Below are positions 38,122 through 46,807 of a stretch of 64,000 bases of DNA, in pieces. The notes under the pieces were generated by a model that searched no databases, had not been told where the DNA came from, and saw only the letters and a list, made by a program, of their open reading frames with translations. Both the position numbers and the translations under genes were made by a program. The stretch is from a virus. Positions within the stretch are counted from its first letter, which is position 1. Each line of letters begins with the position of its first letter. The stretch is from positions 4,766 to 68,765 of the IMG/VR virus record IMGVR_UViG_3300037826_000038. One strand, written 5' to 3'.

Positions 38122-39471
38122 TTAGGCTCCCCGCCCCCAGCCCCCTTGCTTGGCTGCCCGGACCGCCATCGCTCCCGCCACTACGCTGTCAGGCGGGTGT
38201 CCCCTCCCGTACAGGTCGTCGCGGGTGCAGTAGACGTGCTCGTTTCTACAAAACTCAATCTCAGGAGACACAACGCCCCCCTGCTCAATCATCATAATAT
38301 ACTCGCTAAACAGGTTCTGCCGAACCGCCCCCACCATCTTATAGCCCCTGGCGTCTACGGTCAAATAGTCATCTACCACATTCCCCACGCCGGTCTTGTC
38401 GTGAGCGGCCTTACCCCGGTAGCGGTTGACCCGCTGGTTAAACCGTTTGACCATCGCGGGCCACGGCTCCCGTCCCCTCCGCTCCCAGGCTACAACCCTC
38501 CAGGGTTCAACGTCTGTCCGCAACGTCACGATCACCGTCCAGTCCTGGTCCTTGGCCCAGTCCGCGCCGGTTGCGTACCGCGCCCCCCGTTGGGGTTCTT
38601 CGATCTCCACATACTGCCCTAACGCCCCATCGTATGTACCGAGAGAAGCTTGGAACATCTGCTCCACATACTCGGTCCAGATGGCCCGGTTCTCCGAGGA
38701 CGGTTCCTGTAGGTCATACTCGGTCTCCCACTGGCGGGTCGTGACCTCGTTACGCTTGGCCCGGATCTCCGAAGGGAGCAACCAGCCGTCGCTCGTGCTG
38801 GTTTCGTGATACGACCACTCGTGAATCGGCCAGCCCCGGTCCTGAGCGCGTTTGAGTACCTCCGTCATCGTCGCGTCCGGGTAGTGATGCGTGCTCGACA
38901 AGACCGTTTGGGCGGGGATAATCACCCGGCGCCCCTCGGTCCGGGACATAGCCTGCCCCATCGCTGCATCGAGAATGAGCACCGCCATCTCGTCGATCTC
39001 ATCCATCCGCATCCGTTCGGGGTGCGGACCCCGCGTGCTCTTGGTTGACGCCATCAGCGCCTGAATGGAGTTCCCCCACACGAACCGGGATACTGTGGTT
39101 AAGGGTTCACCTTGCCACAAGTGCGTTGGGGCGTTGTCCTTCTCGTACAGCTCTTTGCTGATATAGTCCTGCACGTTCTGGCTCTGCGCGCCAGACCCGC
39201 CCAGGATTTTAACGTTCGCTTTGAGCGTCAGGGCCTCCGTCAGCCCCAGTAACGCCAGTAGATAGCTCTTGCCCCCGAACCCACGACTGGCTTTCCAGAC
39301 CGTGACCCGGCTCCGTGCAAAATACGCATCGGCAAAGGCGCGCCAGGGTGTCGAATGCCCCGGTATCACCACGGTATCGGGGATGATGGCCCCGAAACAG
39401 ACCTCTACAAAATCGCGTAGCTGCCTCTCCGTCCGCAGCGGTATCGGGAAGTTATGCTGAATAACGGCAAT
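38122..39471 (-). CDS. Terminase large subunit (probable ATT start at 39471; first canonical start GTG 39372)
   Basis: ASRGFGGKS Walker A, MDEIDE Walker B, GADWAKDQD, DKTGVG, PPDSVVA nuclease motifs. Confidence 0.9.
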   Translation of the reverse strand: MAVIQHNFPIPLRTERQLRDFVEVCFGAIIPDTVVIPGHSTPWRAFADAYFARSRVTVWKASRGFGGKSYLLALLGLTEALTLKANVKILGGSGAQSQNVQDYISKELYEKDNAPTHLWQGEPLTTVSRFVWGNSIQALMASTKSTRGPHPERMRMDEIDEMAVLILDAAMGQAMSRTEGRRVIIPAQTVLSSTHHYPDATMTEVLKRAQDRGWPIHEWSYHETSTSDGWLLPSEIRAKRNEVTTRQWETEYDLQEPSSENRAIWTEYVEQMFQASLGTYDGALGQYVEIEEPQRGARYATGADWAKDQDWTVIVTLRTDVEPWRVVAWERRGREPWPAMVKRFNQRVNRYRGKAAHDKTGVGNVVDDYLTVDARGYKMVGAVRQNLFSEYIMMIEQGGVVSPEIEFCRNEHVYCTRDDLYGRGHPPDSVVAGAMAVRAAKQGGWGRGA

Positions 39472-39473
39472 GG

Positions 39474-39926
39474 CTACACCTCATCGTCAGGGACGTGCTC
39501 GTAGACACTAACCACGTTCCCCTCGTAGGGTTGCTCACCAGACGGGTCCGTGGGTGCGATTTTGACCGGCCTGTCCAATCCCAGCAGTTCGCGCCGAGCC
39601 TTCTGAATATGTCGTACCTCGGTCAAGTCCCCGTCGCGCCACGCCTGGATTTCTAACTCCTCATAGGTGGCTAGGGTTTCCTCGATCCACGCCGACGCCG
39701 CCTTGACCCGCGCCTCGCGCCACTCCTCTTTGATCGCCTCGACGTCACTCTGGACGGTTCCCAAACTGTACGGTCTCCCGGTGTCCGGGTTGCGCATACC
39801 ACCGTCTTTGACCGGGCGTGCCAGCGCCGCTTGTATCTGACGCCGGGTGATGCGCGGATTGCGCCGGAGCAGGGACGCCACCAGATTGCGCCTGCGGTCC
39901 ATAATCAGTGCGGTGTTCGTGGGCAT
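39474..39926 (-). CDS. Terminase small subunit
   Basis: N-terminal HTH, ARRELLGLDRPVK; directly upstream of TerL. Confidence 0.75.
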   Translation of the reverse strand: MPTNTALIMDRRRNLVASLLRRNPRITRRQIQAALARPVKDGGMRNPDTGRPYSLGTVQSDVEAIKEEWREARVKAASAWIEETLATYEELEIQAWRDGDLTEVRHIQKARRELLGLDRPVKIAPTDPSGEQPYEGNVVSVYEHVPDDEV

Positions 39927-39944
39927 CGTTCAGCTCCTATACGT

Positions 39945-40607
39945 TCAGTTGGCGAAGGTGTCCGTCAACGTCGCAAACGTCCGGTCAATATGGTTCTGTC
40001 GGTTAGAAACTAGATAGATTAGAGGGAGAGAAAGAAGGGTGACCGCGGCCTTGAACACGATTTGGCCCTGAACGAGGCTCCACAGCCCGGAAACGGGCAT
40101 CGTTCCGGCAAAGGCCAGGGCCGCAAAGACAAACGAGTCTACGGGGAGAGAGATGGTGTTGCTGGCAAGAACCCGCATCCACTGTTCGCGGTTGGTGAAA
40201 TGCTTGGCAAAGACCTGATAGACCCCGGTGTCCATGATTTGGCTGATTAACTCGGCCACAATGGACGCCACAGCGATGCGGGGCACGATTCCTAAGACAA
40301 GAGAGAATGCCTCTTGGTTGGGCCAAAATGTAGCCGGGGGCAGGCCAATGGCTAGGAAAAAGTAGGCTACCATAAACAGGTTAGCAACCGCAGCCATGAC
40401 AATAGCCGCGATAGCCCACTGGGCACCGAGGCGTTTATGGAGCAGGTCACGCCACGTAAACGTCAGGGCGAAGATCAAGGTCCCCGCTGGCATCGACAGC
40501 CCGAAGAGCGTGAACTGCTTGGCTGCCGTGACGTCCGCCGTTAGTTGAAAGGTTACGTACAAAGAAATGAGAATCACCGCCGTCCAAATCGCCTTATCGC
40601 GTTTCAT
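39945..40607 (-). CDS. yhhQ: Queuosine-precursor transporter (YhhQ/VUT family)
   Basis: Six TM segments; AGTLIFALTF..RD, PRIAVASIVA..ISQ..DT, SN.IS...DS. Confidence 0.88.
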   Translation of the reverse strand: MKRDKAIWTAVILISLYVTFQLTADVTAAKQFTLFGLSMPAGTLIFALTFTWRDLLHKRLGAQWAIAAIVMAAVANLFMVAYFFLAIGLPPATFWPNQEAFSLVLGIVPRIAVASIVAELISQIMDTGVYQVFAKHFTNREQWMRVLASNTISLPVDSFVFAALAFAGTMPVSGLWSLVQGQIVFKAAVTLLSLPLIYLVSNRQNHIDRTFATLTDTFAN

Positions 40608-40611
40608 TGAG

Positions 40612-40944
40612 TCAACTCCCTTCGTGAATGATCGTCACACTGGCGGGGGCGTGAACTTGGGTTTCGGCGTGGATATAAATCCGAATCGGAGTCTGCTCCC
40701 CCAGCACCTCTACCAATTTGTCCATGATTATCGCCGCCAAGCCCTCGATGGTTGTGTGGGTCTGACTGATTTCTTTCAGCCACGATTCAAACGCCTCAAA
40801 CTCAAGGAGTTTGTCGTTAGGGACATAACTGATTTGAGCCTGCCCCTGAAACGGGGCATCCCCCTCTACGCAGATCGCGGAAACTGTGGGGTTGAACGTC
40901 ACCTCGTCTAGATTATATGGGTTGTCTATGGTAAGTTTGCTCAT
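40612..40944 (-). CDS. QueF-like tunnelling-fold protein (QueF-L/archaeosine-synthase-like)
   Basis: 110 aa, SAIC, ISYVPNDKLLE, TIEGLA..IMDKL; next to yhhQ. Confidence 0.65.
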   Translation of the reverse strand: MSKLTIDNPYNLDEVTFNPTVSAICVEGDAPFQGQAQISYVPNDKLLEFEAFESWLKEISQTHTTIEGLAAIIMDKLVEVLGEQTPIRIYIHAETQVHAPASVTIIHEGS

Positions 40945-41366
40945 TATGACCTCCCTATCATATCAACATAAGGAGGTATCAAAATCCCCCCCCCGGCTAA
41001 CGTGGTAGCATTGTGGTCCACCCCGTAGGCTTCGGCGGCGGCCTCGCTGGCTGCGTCAACGCCAAAGAGGACAGGGACCAACCACACCCCGTCCTCTGTC
41101 ACCGCAATTCCCCTCGGTGGGGGAATGGCCTCACGGCGCATCTTTGCCAGTGCCTCCATCCGTCCGTTGCCCTCCACAATGCCCCCGCGTCCGTCGTTCA
41201 GCACCGGCTCAAACTTGGGCGGGTCCTTGAAGCCATGGGTCTCAAACGACTCAATTAGTTTGGGTATGTCGTGGAGTTTCTTGTTATCCTCCCAAACCAA
41301 CGCCAAGTCCAGGGGGATATACTCAACGCGCAGACGTTCGTTCTCAGTTGGGTCTTGGATGGTCAT
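40944..41366 (-). CDS. ParB/Srx N-terminal domain protein, apparently C-terminally truncated
   Basis: N.KLHD...LIESFETHGFKDP, IVEGNGRMEAL, AYGVDHN; ends 13 codons after a G9 run. Confidence 0.75.
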   Translation of the reverse strand: MTIQDPTENERLRVEYIPLDLALVWEDNKKLHDIPKLIESFETHGFKDPPKFEPVLNDGRGGIVEGNGRMEALAKMRREAIPPPRGIAVTEDGVWLVPVLFGVDAASEAAAEAYGVDHNATTLAGGGILIPPYVDMIGRS

Positions 41367-41803
41367 TGATGGGTGTCCGGGTCCTTGCGTCCCTTGAGGT
41401 ATCTATCCCACGCATCCAACGCCTCTTGCTCGGAAACCTCTCCGGCAAGCAACTGGGCAATAAGCTCGCGCTCCCGGCGCTTGCGGGGCAGGAACGGATT
41501 GACGGTCTGGTAGGTGGCCTCACCACCGAAGATGAATAGCACCCAGGACGACCCCAACCCCATCAGGGTATAAATGTCAAAGGTGTCCCCTAGCCCCAAG
41601 TCAAGGGCGGTGAAATAGTGGAGCAGTCCCAGCGCCCCGGCCAGCACCAGCCCAACCCAGCCCCGGATTGCCCGCTTGTTCTCCTGCGTGACGTGCTCCC
41701 AAACCCGCGCCAGCGGAGGCACCAACTCGATCAGCAAACTCAAGATAACGGCAAACAGTGTCGATATGATCGGGGTTAATTCCAAGGTGTCCGTAATCTC
41801 CAT
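41363..41803 (-). CDS. Holin-like membrane protein (first gene of late arm)
   Basis: Three hydrophobic segments, charged C-terminus. Confidence 0.55.
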   Translation of the reverse strand: MEITDTLELTPIISTLFAVILSLLIELVPPLARVWEHVTQENKRAIRGWVGLVLAGALGLLHYFTALDLGLGDTFDIYTLMGLGSSWVLFIFGGEATYQTVNPFLPRKRRERELIAQLLAGEVSEQEALDAWDRYLKGRKDPDTHQ

Positions 41804-41861
41804 CGGTCTATCTCCTATCTGTGTGAGGGAACGGTCTCTTGTCCGTCAACCTTTCGTGTTC

Positions 41862-41890
41862 AGTATATCAAAGGTTTGTGACATTCGCAA
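41862..41890 (-). promoter_or_regulatory. Sigma70-type promoter for the late arm
   Basis: TTGCGA-17-TATACT with TG extension. Confidence 0.65.
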
Positions 41891-41905
41891 GTTATGGAGG
41901 TTAAA

Positions 41906-41943
41906 CCAGAAAACTCCTTGCTTTAGCGGGGGGAGTAGTCACA
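41906..41943 (+). mobile_element. Isolated IS200/IS605-type right-end remnant
   Basis: AGAAAACTCCTTGCTTTAGCGGGGGGAGTAGTCAC matches the stem-CTTTAG-stem-GGAGTAGTCA pattern of these ends; no tnpA/tnpB nearby. Confidence 0.55.
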
Positions 41944-42078
41944 GGCTTAGTACCTGAATACTATATGTCCCCAGGGCAGTTTTAGGCAATTTGTGAAATT
42001 GCCCTATTTGCCCCTTGACTTTATAATGTTTTAGGGTTATAATGTAAGTGAGTTAAGTAAACACTACACACCGGGAGG
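41944..42078 (+). promoter_or_regulatory. Repeated early promoter cassette with consensus sigma70 promoter
   Basis: TTGACT 42015-20, 17 bp, TATAAT 42038-43; GGCAAT/ATTGCC repeats; ~96 bp nearly identical to 49343-49439. Confidence 0.9.
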
Positions 42079-42083
42079 ACAAA

Positions 42084-42383
42084 ATGTACGGAACACGAAA
42101 ACCCAGAAGCCGGACCTTGAAGCAAGCCAAAGACGCAGACGGAAAAACGGTCAAGGTTGGAGAGAAAGTGTTTTTCAAAGAGGACATCGAGGGCGAGGGA
42201 TGCATACTCAAAATTGAGGTTAAGTACAGTTCGTTCGGTACAAGCCGGACCACCTTCTACCTTGGGAACCACCCCACCGACCCCACTTACGAGCCTTGGC
42301 ACCGGATGGCTTACGACGACGATTGGGACCTGAAATGTGCGGTAGTTGCAACCACCACAGTTCACAAGATTGATTGGAAGTGA
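42084..42383 (+). CDS. Hypothetical early protein
   Basis: ACCGGGAGG RBS after a strong promoter. Confidence 0.7.
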   Translation: MYGTRKPRSRTLKQAKDADGKTVKVGEKVFFKEDIEGEGCILKIEVKYSSFGTSRTTFYLGNHPTDPTYEPWHRMAYDDDWDLKCAVVATTTVHKIDWK

Positions 42384-42394
42384 CCTACTTGGAG

Positions 42395-42443
42395 GGGGCT
42401 GGTTAAACACCAGCCTCGGTTTTTGGTTTATGTGTGTAAACCA
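42395..42443 (+). promoter_or_regulatory. Terminator/promoter motif (copy 3)
   Basis: TTAAAC 42403-08 in hairpin loop, GGTTTAT from 42425. Confidence 0.75.
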
Positions 42444-42462
42444 TACACAGGGAGGAACCGAG

Positions 42463-42657
42463 ATGAAACGCTTTTTCTGTACGTGCGCAGCCTGTGGAAA
42501 ACAAATGGAAGAATGTCGGGAGATACCGTTGTGCGAGGGGTGCGAGCAGGTAGACCGCGACCGCCAGGACGAGCACCAGATGTATCAGGACCTGAGGTAC
42601 GATGGGGGGCGAGGATACAGTGCTCAACCCCACCACCTTGACCCTCTCCCCTTCTAG
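42463..42657 (+). CDS. Small zinc-finger protein
   Basis: CAAC..CEGC; GGGAGG RBS. Confidence 0.6.
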   Translation: MKRFFCTCAACGKQMEECREIPLCEGCEQVDRDRQDEHQMYQDLRYDGGRGYSAQPHHLDPLPF

Positions 42658-42682
42658 TATCCCTAGAAAACCCAAGTATCCC

Positions 42683-42762
42683 AAAGCCCCCTTGAACGCT
42701 AAGGGGGCTTTTTGGTTTATAAGCATATAACGTTTGACATTTATAAGCGGATGATTTATAAT
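42683..42762 (+). promoter_or_regulatory. Terminator/promoter motif (copy 4) in tandem with a consensus sigma70 promoter
   Basis: TTGAAC 42692-97, GGTTTAT from 42714; TTGACA 42734-39, 17 bp, TATAAT 42757-62. Confidence 0.8.
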
Positions 42763-42802
42763 GTTAGTATCTTTCACTCACAGAACAGACAGGAGACAAT
42801 CT

Positions 42803-43183
42803 ATGGATAACCGAGACATGCTAGCCCTACACACCGGCGACATTTCTCTTAGCACAGCCCATCACAGACTAGGCAAAGTCCTTGACAGTATCGTGACGGA
42901 GAACCGGGTTGTGCGCGTGGTCAACGGTCACACCGGGGAACCGGAGGCGTTTATCGTTTCACCTGAGGTGATCGAGACCCTGGCCGAAGGAGGCTCCCTG
43001 CGTGACCTGTTCCCGGTCACCGCCCAGGACATTCTCAATCACATGGCCCACCTACGGGACACCGAGGGTGATGATGCCGCCGTTGCATACTGGGAGAGCC
43101 TTGACCCGGATGCTAGAGAGCTGGTCCGGGTCTGGTGGGAAACCCAACGCAATGCGGTTGGGATGGTTGTTGACGGGGAATAA
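42803..43183 (+). CDS. Phd/YefM-fold DNA-binding protein (orphan antitoxin-like regulator)
   Basis: ISLSTAHHRLGKVLDSIV..VVRV..GEPEAFIVS pattern. Confidence 0.65.
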   Translation: MDNRDMLALHTGDISLSTAHHRLGKVLDSIVTENRVVRVVNGHTGEPEAFIVSPEVIETLAEGGSLRDLFPVTAQDILNHMAHLRDTEGDDAAVAYWESLDPDARELVRVWWETQRNAVGMVVDGE

Positions 43184-43222
43184 TGGTTTACACCAACCCA
43201 TTTGATTAGAAAGGAGATTGCT

Positions 43223-44032
43223 ATGGGAGTCGTAGGATTTGACCTTGAGATTTACAAGGAGCTGCCGGGTGGGGACTGGCGGCCCCACCGCCCCCTCGGG
43301 ATCACGTGCGCCGCCATCGTAGGGGAGAGTGATTCTGGCGGGGAGATCGTGTCGGTATTCCCCGATGACCCGGAGTGGACGTTCAACCAGATGCCTACCC
43401 ATCAGGCTGAGGAACTGGCGGTGGAACTGGTGATGAACCACGACCAGGGCAACCGGCTGGTGACGTGGAACGGGCTGGGCTTTGACTTCCCGGTGTTGCT
43501 CGACGCCGTGGAGAGCCAGGGGCTCCGGCGACGACTGGCTGAGATAGCCTTGGACCATATCGACATGGCATTTGTGATGCTGTGCGATAAGGGGTTTATG
43601 ATATCCCTCAATAAGGCGGCTCAGGGGCTGGGGCTGTCCGGGAAGACCGAGGGTATGTCGGGCTCGCTGGCTCCGATCCTTTGGAACAAGCCGGAGCGGG
43701 GACTGACGGTCAACGAGCAATATGCCATCGACGCCCTGCACGTGGAGCCGGGCACCCAGGAGGCGCGAGACTTATGCCTTGAATACGTGACCCAGGATTC
43801 ACGCGCCACCTACGAGGTCTATCAAGCGTTGGTCGAGGATGGGGCGCTGTTCTGGGAGACACGGCGGGGTACGCAGAGCAAGTATCCGTGGGTGCCCTTT
43901 ATCACGAACGGTCACCTCCCTACCTGCCGGGAAGCCTACCAGACGGAGGAGCCGGATACCAGTTGGATGACGGACCCGTGGCCCCGGGAAAGATTTATCG
44001 GGTGGGCATTGGAGATGGTCAATGACAACTGA
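43223..44032 (+). CDS. DEDD 3'-5' exonuclease / RNase H-like (YprB/PolB-exo-like)
   Basis: FDLEI, VTWNGLGFDFPVL, IDM, SLNKAA, YVTQD. Confidence 0.85.
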   Translation: MGVVGFDLEIYKELPGGDWRPHRPLGITCAAIVGESDSGGEIVSVFPDDPEWTFNQMPTHQAEELAVELVMNHDQGNRLVTWNGLGFDFPVLLDAVESQGLRRRLAEIALDHIDMAFVMLCDKGFMISLNKAAQGLGLSGKTEGMSGSLAPILWNKPERGLTVNEQYAIDALHVEPGTQEARDLCLEYVTQDSRATYEVYQALVEDGALFWETRRGTQSKYPWVPFITNGHLPTCREAYQTEEPDTSWMTDPWPRERFIGWALEMVNDN

Positions 44033-44669
44033 ACTTCCCATCCTGTATAACTCATTCTCGATGCGTGCGTTCCTCGCTGACCGGAAACGGGAGACGCGCC
44101 GGGCCATCACCCCGCAGCCGTGGTTGGCTAACAACCTATGGCATTATAGTCCCAACAAGAAGGCTGTGGGGTTGACCGGAGAGGCTTTGCTTGACGGACC
44201 GTACGAGTACAACGTCTGGCCCAACGATCAGGCCTACTCCCTGGCAATGGTGCGCTATTGTCCTTACGGACAGCGGGGAGGCAGGGTGTGGGGGCGTGAG
44301 TCGTGGATCCTTCTTGAGATCGACGCCCCCACCTACCGCATCCAGTACACTGCCGACAAGACCCAGGCAGTGATCCACTGTGACCGGGAGCTTGACGTGC
44401 TCACTACAACAGGTCCCAAGCCGGGCATCTTTATGCCCCGCGAGTTCTCACGGATCACCCATGAACTTGTCAACGTGCGCGCCGAACGGCTCCACGAGAT
44501 CACCCGCGAAGGGGCGCTAGCCGAGGGAATCGAGCCGATACCACAACTTCAGGGTGAGGCCATTCAAGCGTATGGGGCACTATGGGACGCGATCAATTTT
44601 AGCCGGGGCTACGGGTGGAAGGATAACCCGTGGGTGTGGGTACTACAACTAGGAGAGTGGATTGTATGA
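44022..44669 (+). CDS. ASCH/PUA-related phage protein
   Basis: RKRETRR, CPYG..VWGRE, IFMPR..SRI, ERLHEIT..ALAEG, NPWVWV. Confidence 0.8.
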   Translation: MTTELPILYNSFSMRAFLADRKRETRRAITPQPWLANNLWHYSPNKKAVGLTGEALLDGPYEYNVWPNDQAYSLAMVRYCPYGQRGGRVWGRESWILLEIDAPTYRIQYTADKTQAVIHCDRELDVLTTTGPKPGIFMPREFSRITHELVNVRAERLHEITREGALAEGIEPIPQLQGEAIQAYGALWDAINFSRGYGWKDNPWVWVLQLGEWIV

Positions 44670-45316
44670 ATGTCAAACTACTGAGCATCACCCCAAACGC
44701 CGATGAACTGATTGAGCACGCCGGGCGGGTATGTCACCAGTCCAACGAACTTGATGGTACGGATACAGAAACGTTTATCCGGTATCTGGTTAAAGTGGGA
44801 CATGAGAGTGTAATTGAGCACGCCACAGCTACGTTCGAGATCAGCGGGATCAGCCGGGCGTGCAGTCACCAGCTTGTCCGGCACCGCATCGCGTCGTACT
44901 CCCAGGAGAGCCAGCGGTACGTCGATATGTCTGACCCCGAATACGTGATGCCCCCTACCATTGAGGACGACGCTGAGGCGCTGGAGACCTTTACGGAACT
45001 GTGCTATCACGTCACACGCCTCTATCGCGAACTGCGTGAGTTGGGTATTCCCAAGGAGGACGCCCGGTTCGTGCTGCCCAACGCCACCGCAACCCGTATC
45101 GTGGTCACGATGAACTTCCGGGAACTGCTCCACTTCTTCAGGCTGCGTACTACACCGCACGCCCAGTGGGAAATCCGTTGGGTTGCACTGTGGATGCTGG
45201 ACCTACTTGGGACACAGAGTGTCATTTTCTACGATTTTCTGGCACGGTTTATCGACTATCACCCTGACCTGTATCAACAATACCTCGGCCGGAGGACCCA
45301 CTATGAAGCGCAGTAA
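44666..45316 (+). CDS. thyX: FAD-dependent thymidylate synthase
   Basis: GHESVIEH, RHRIASYSQESQRY, EDARFVLP, AQWEIR. Confidence 0.97.
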   Translation: MNVKLLSITPNADELIEHAGRVCHQSNELDGTDTETFIRYLVKVGHESVIEHATATFEISGISRACSHQLVRHRIASYSQESQRYVDMSDPEYVMPPTIEDDAEALETFTELCYHVTRLYRELRELGIPKEDARFVLPNATATRIVVTMNFRELLHFFRLRTTPHAQWEIRWVALWMLDLLGTQSVIFYDFLARFIDYHPDLYQQYLGRRTHYEAQ

Positions 45317-46115
45317 GATCGAGTGGACGGACTATTCAGGTGGCTACGCTAACATCGTCTGGCGGGGTTCTGAGGACTCCGACTGCAAATGCTCACCGGG
45401 GTGCGCGAACTGCTATGTTGACCGCATCACTGCCCGCGCCGGGGACCGCTGGCCGCACCTAACCCAGTTTCACCCCGACAAACTGGACAAACTGGCACGC
45501 TGTCAGCCCCGTCCCGGTAAGACCCCGTATCGTCGAGGTCCGGGCAGCAAGCCCATGGTCTTTGTTGTAGACATCGGGGACCTTTTTCACCGGCGCGTCC
45601 CCCAGTGGTTTATCCACAAGTCACTGGATACGTTTTATGTCCGTAACGACATCACATGGCAGTTACTCACCAAACGCCCGGACCGTATGTATGACGAGAT
45701 CGAAGCGTGGCTGACGGTCAATGCTCTAAATGAGTTGCCGGATTGGATATGGGCCGGTGTGACCGTGGAAAACCAAGACTGTGCGGCAGACCGCATCAAT
45801 CCATTTTCGGCACTGAGAGCAGCGGTGCGGTGGGTGTCTTATGAGCCAGCGCTGGGTGACATCTACTGGGCCGGTTGGGAGTTTGTGGACTGGCTGGTGG
45901 CTGGGGGAGAGTCCGGTGCTGATGCCCGGCCCGCGTCTGTGGTATGGTTCCGCAACGCCCGTGACTGGGCGTTGGAAAACGGGATCGACTTCTTCTTCAA
46001 ACAGTGGGGGGAATGGGCACCCACAGGGGACAATTCGATGATGCTCAAGCGTGTTGGGCGGTATGATGCAGGGTGTGAGTTGGACGGGAGAGAATGGAGG
46101 GAGTTTCCGAGATGA
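45303..46115 (+). CDS. DUF5131 (phage Gp37/Gp68) radical-SAM-like protein
   Basis: SKIEWTD, C.CSPGCANCY, LLTKRP, GVTVENQ, GGESG, FFFKQWG. Confidence 0.92.
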   Translation: MKRSKIEWTDYSGGYANIVWRGSEDSDCKCSPGCANCYVDRITARAGDRWPHLTQFHPDKLDKLARCQPRPGKTPYRRGPGSKPMVFVVDIGDLFHRRVPQWFIHKSLDTFYVRNDITWQLLTKRPDRMYDEIEAWLTVNALNELPDWIWAGVTVENQDCAADRINPFSALRAAVRWVSYEPALGDIYWAGWEFVDWLVAGGESGADARPASVVWFRNARDWALENGIDFFFKQWGEWAPTGDNSMMLKRVGRYDAGCELDGREWREFPR

Positions 46116-46327
46116 CGTGGCAAATGGTACTGGTATGGATAGCAGCAATGATTATCGTGGCTTTGACAAGCTATGGTTTCGGGTATTTTCGGGGGCTGGG
46201 TGAGGGGTTTGCGGGCGGTATCGAATCGTGCCGCGAGATACAGGTTTACGGACAAATCATGTCTGGGTATATGGACACAGACACCGAACCCGACGTACCT
46301 GACGAGCAGCGTTGGGATTGTGGGTAA
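46112..46327 (+). CDS. Small membrane protein
   Basis: ATGA overlap, N-terminal TM helix. Confidence 0.6.
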   Translation: MTWQMVLVWIAAMIIVALTSYGFGYFRGLGEGFAGGIESCREIQVYGQIMSGYMDTDTEPDVPDEQRWDCG

Positions 46328-46333
46328 GAATTT

Positions 46334-46807
46334 ATGAAACCAAACGATTATGCTGAGGCATTACGGGAGCAGTACCGGGGCGCTGGCACGTACAGCGCCC
46401 TGATTGATCGGTTTAAGCGCGCCGGGGTAGACAAACCATACAGCGCCGGGACGTGGAGCCGGATCGTCAACGGGGACGAGCCTAATTTCAAGCAGATGGT
46501 TCAGATCGCCAAACTGTGCGGTCTCCCCGCCCCGGAGCCTCCATTGGACGTACAGGCTGCGGGTGTGGAACACTGGGAGCGGGTTGGGGATGGCGCACCC
46601 CGGTACGGGGTGCTGTTCGATCAACCGTCAAGCGTCAAGGTGCGACCCAGTGAGAGTGCAGAGGTTGACGTCCATCTGGTCACACCCCGCCCCCGCAAGG
46701 AGCCAGTGCTGGACCCCGCGCCCCGGTTGGTTGCGGCGGTACGGGAATCGGCGGAGATCGCCAGGGAGATAGGATTGCTGGATATGATAGGAGGAAACTG
46801 TGAATAA
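46334..46807 (+). CDS. HTH-like (XRE-related) protein
   Basis: YSAGTWSRIVNG.EPN...MVQIAKLCG. Confidence 0.55.
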   Translation: MKPNDYAEALREQYRGAGTYSALIDRFKRAGVDKPYSAGTWSRIVNGDEPNFKQMVQIAKLCGLPAPEPPLDVQAAGVEHWERVGDGAPRYGVLFDQPSSVKVRPSESAEVDVHLVTPRPRKEPVLDPAPRLVAAVRESAEIAREIGLLDMIGGNCE

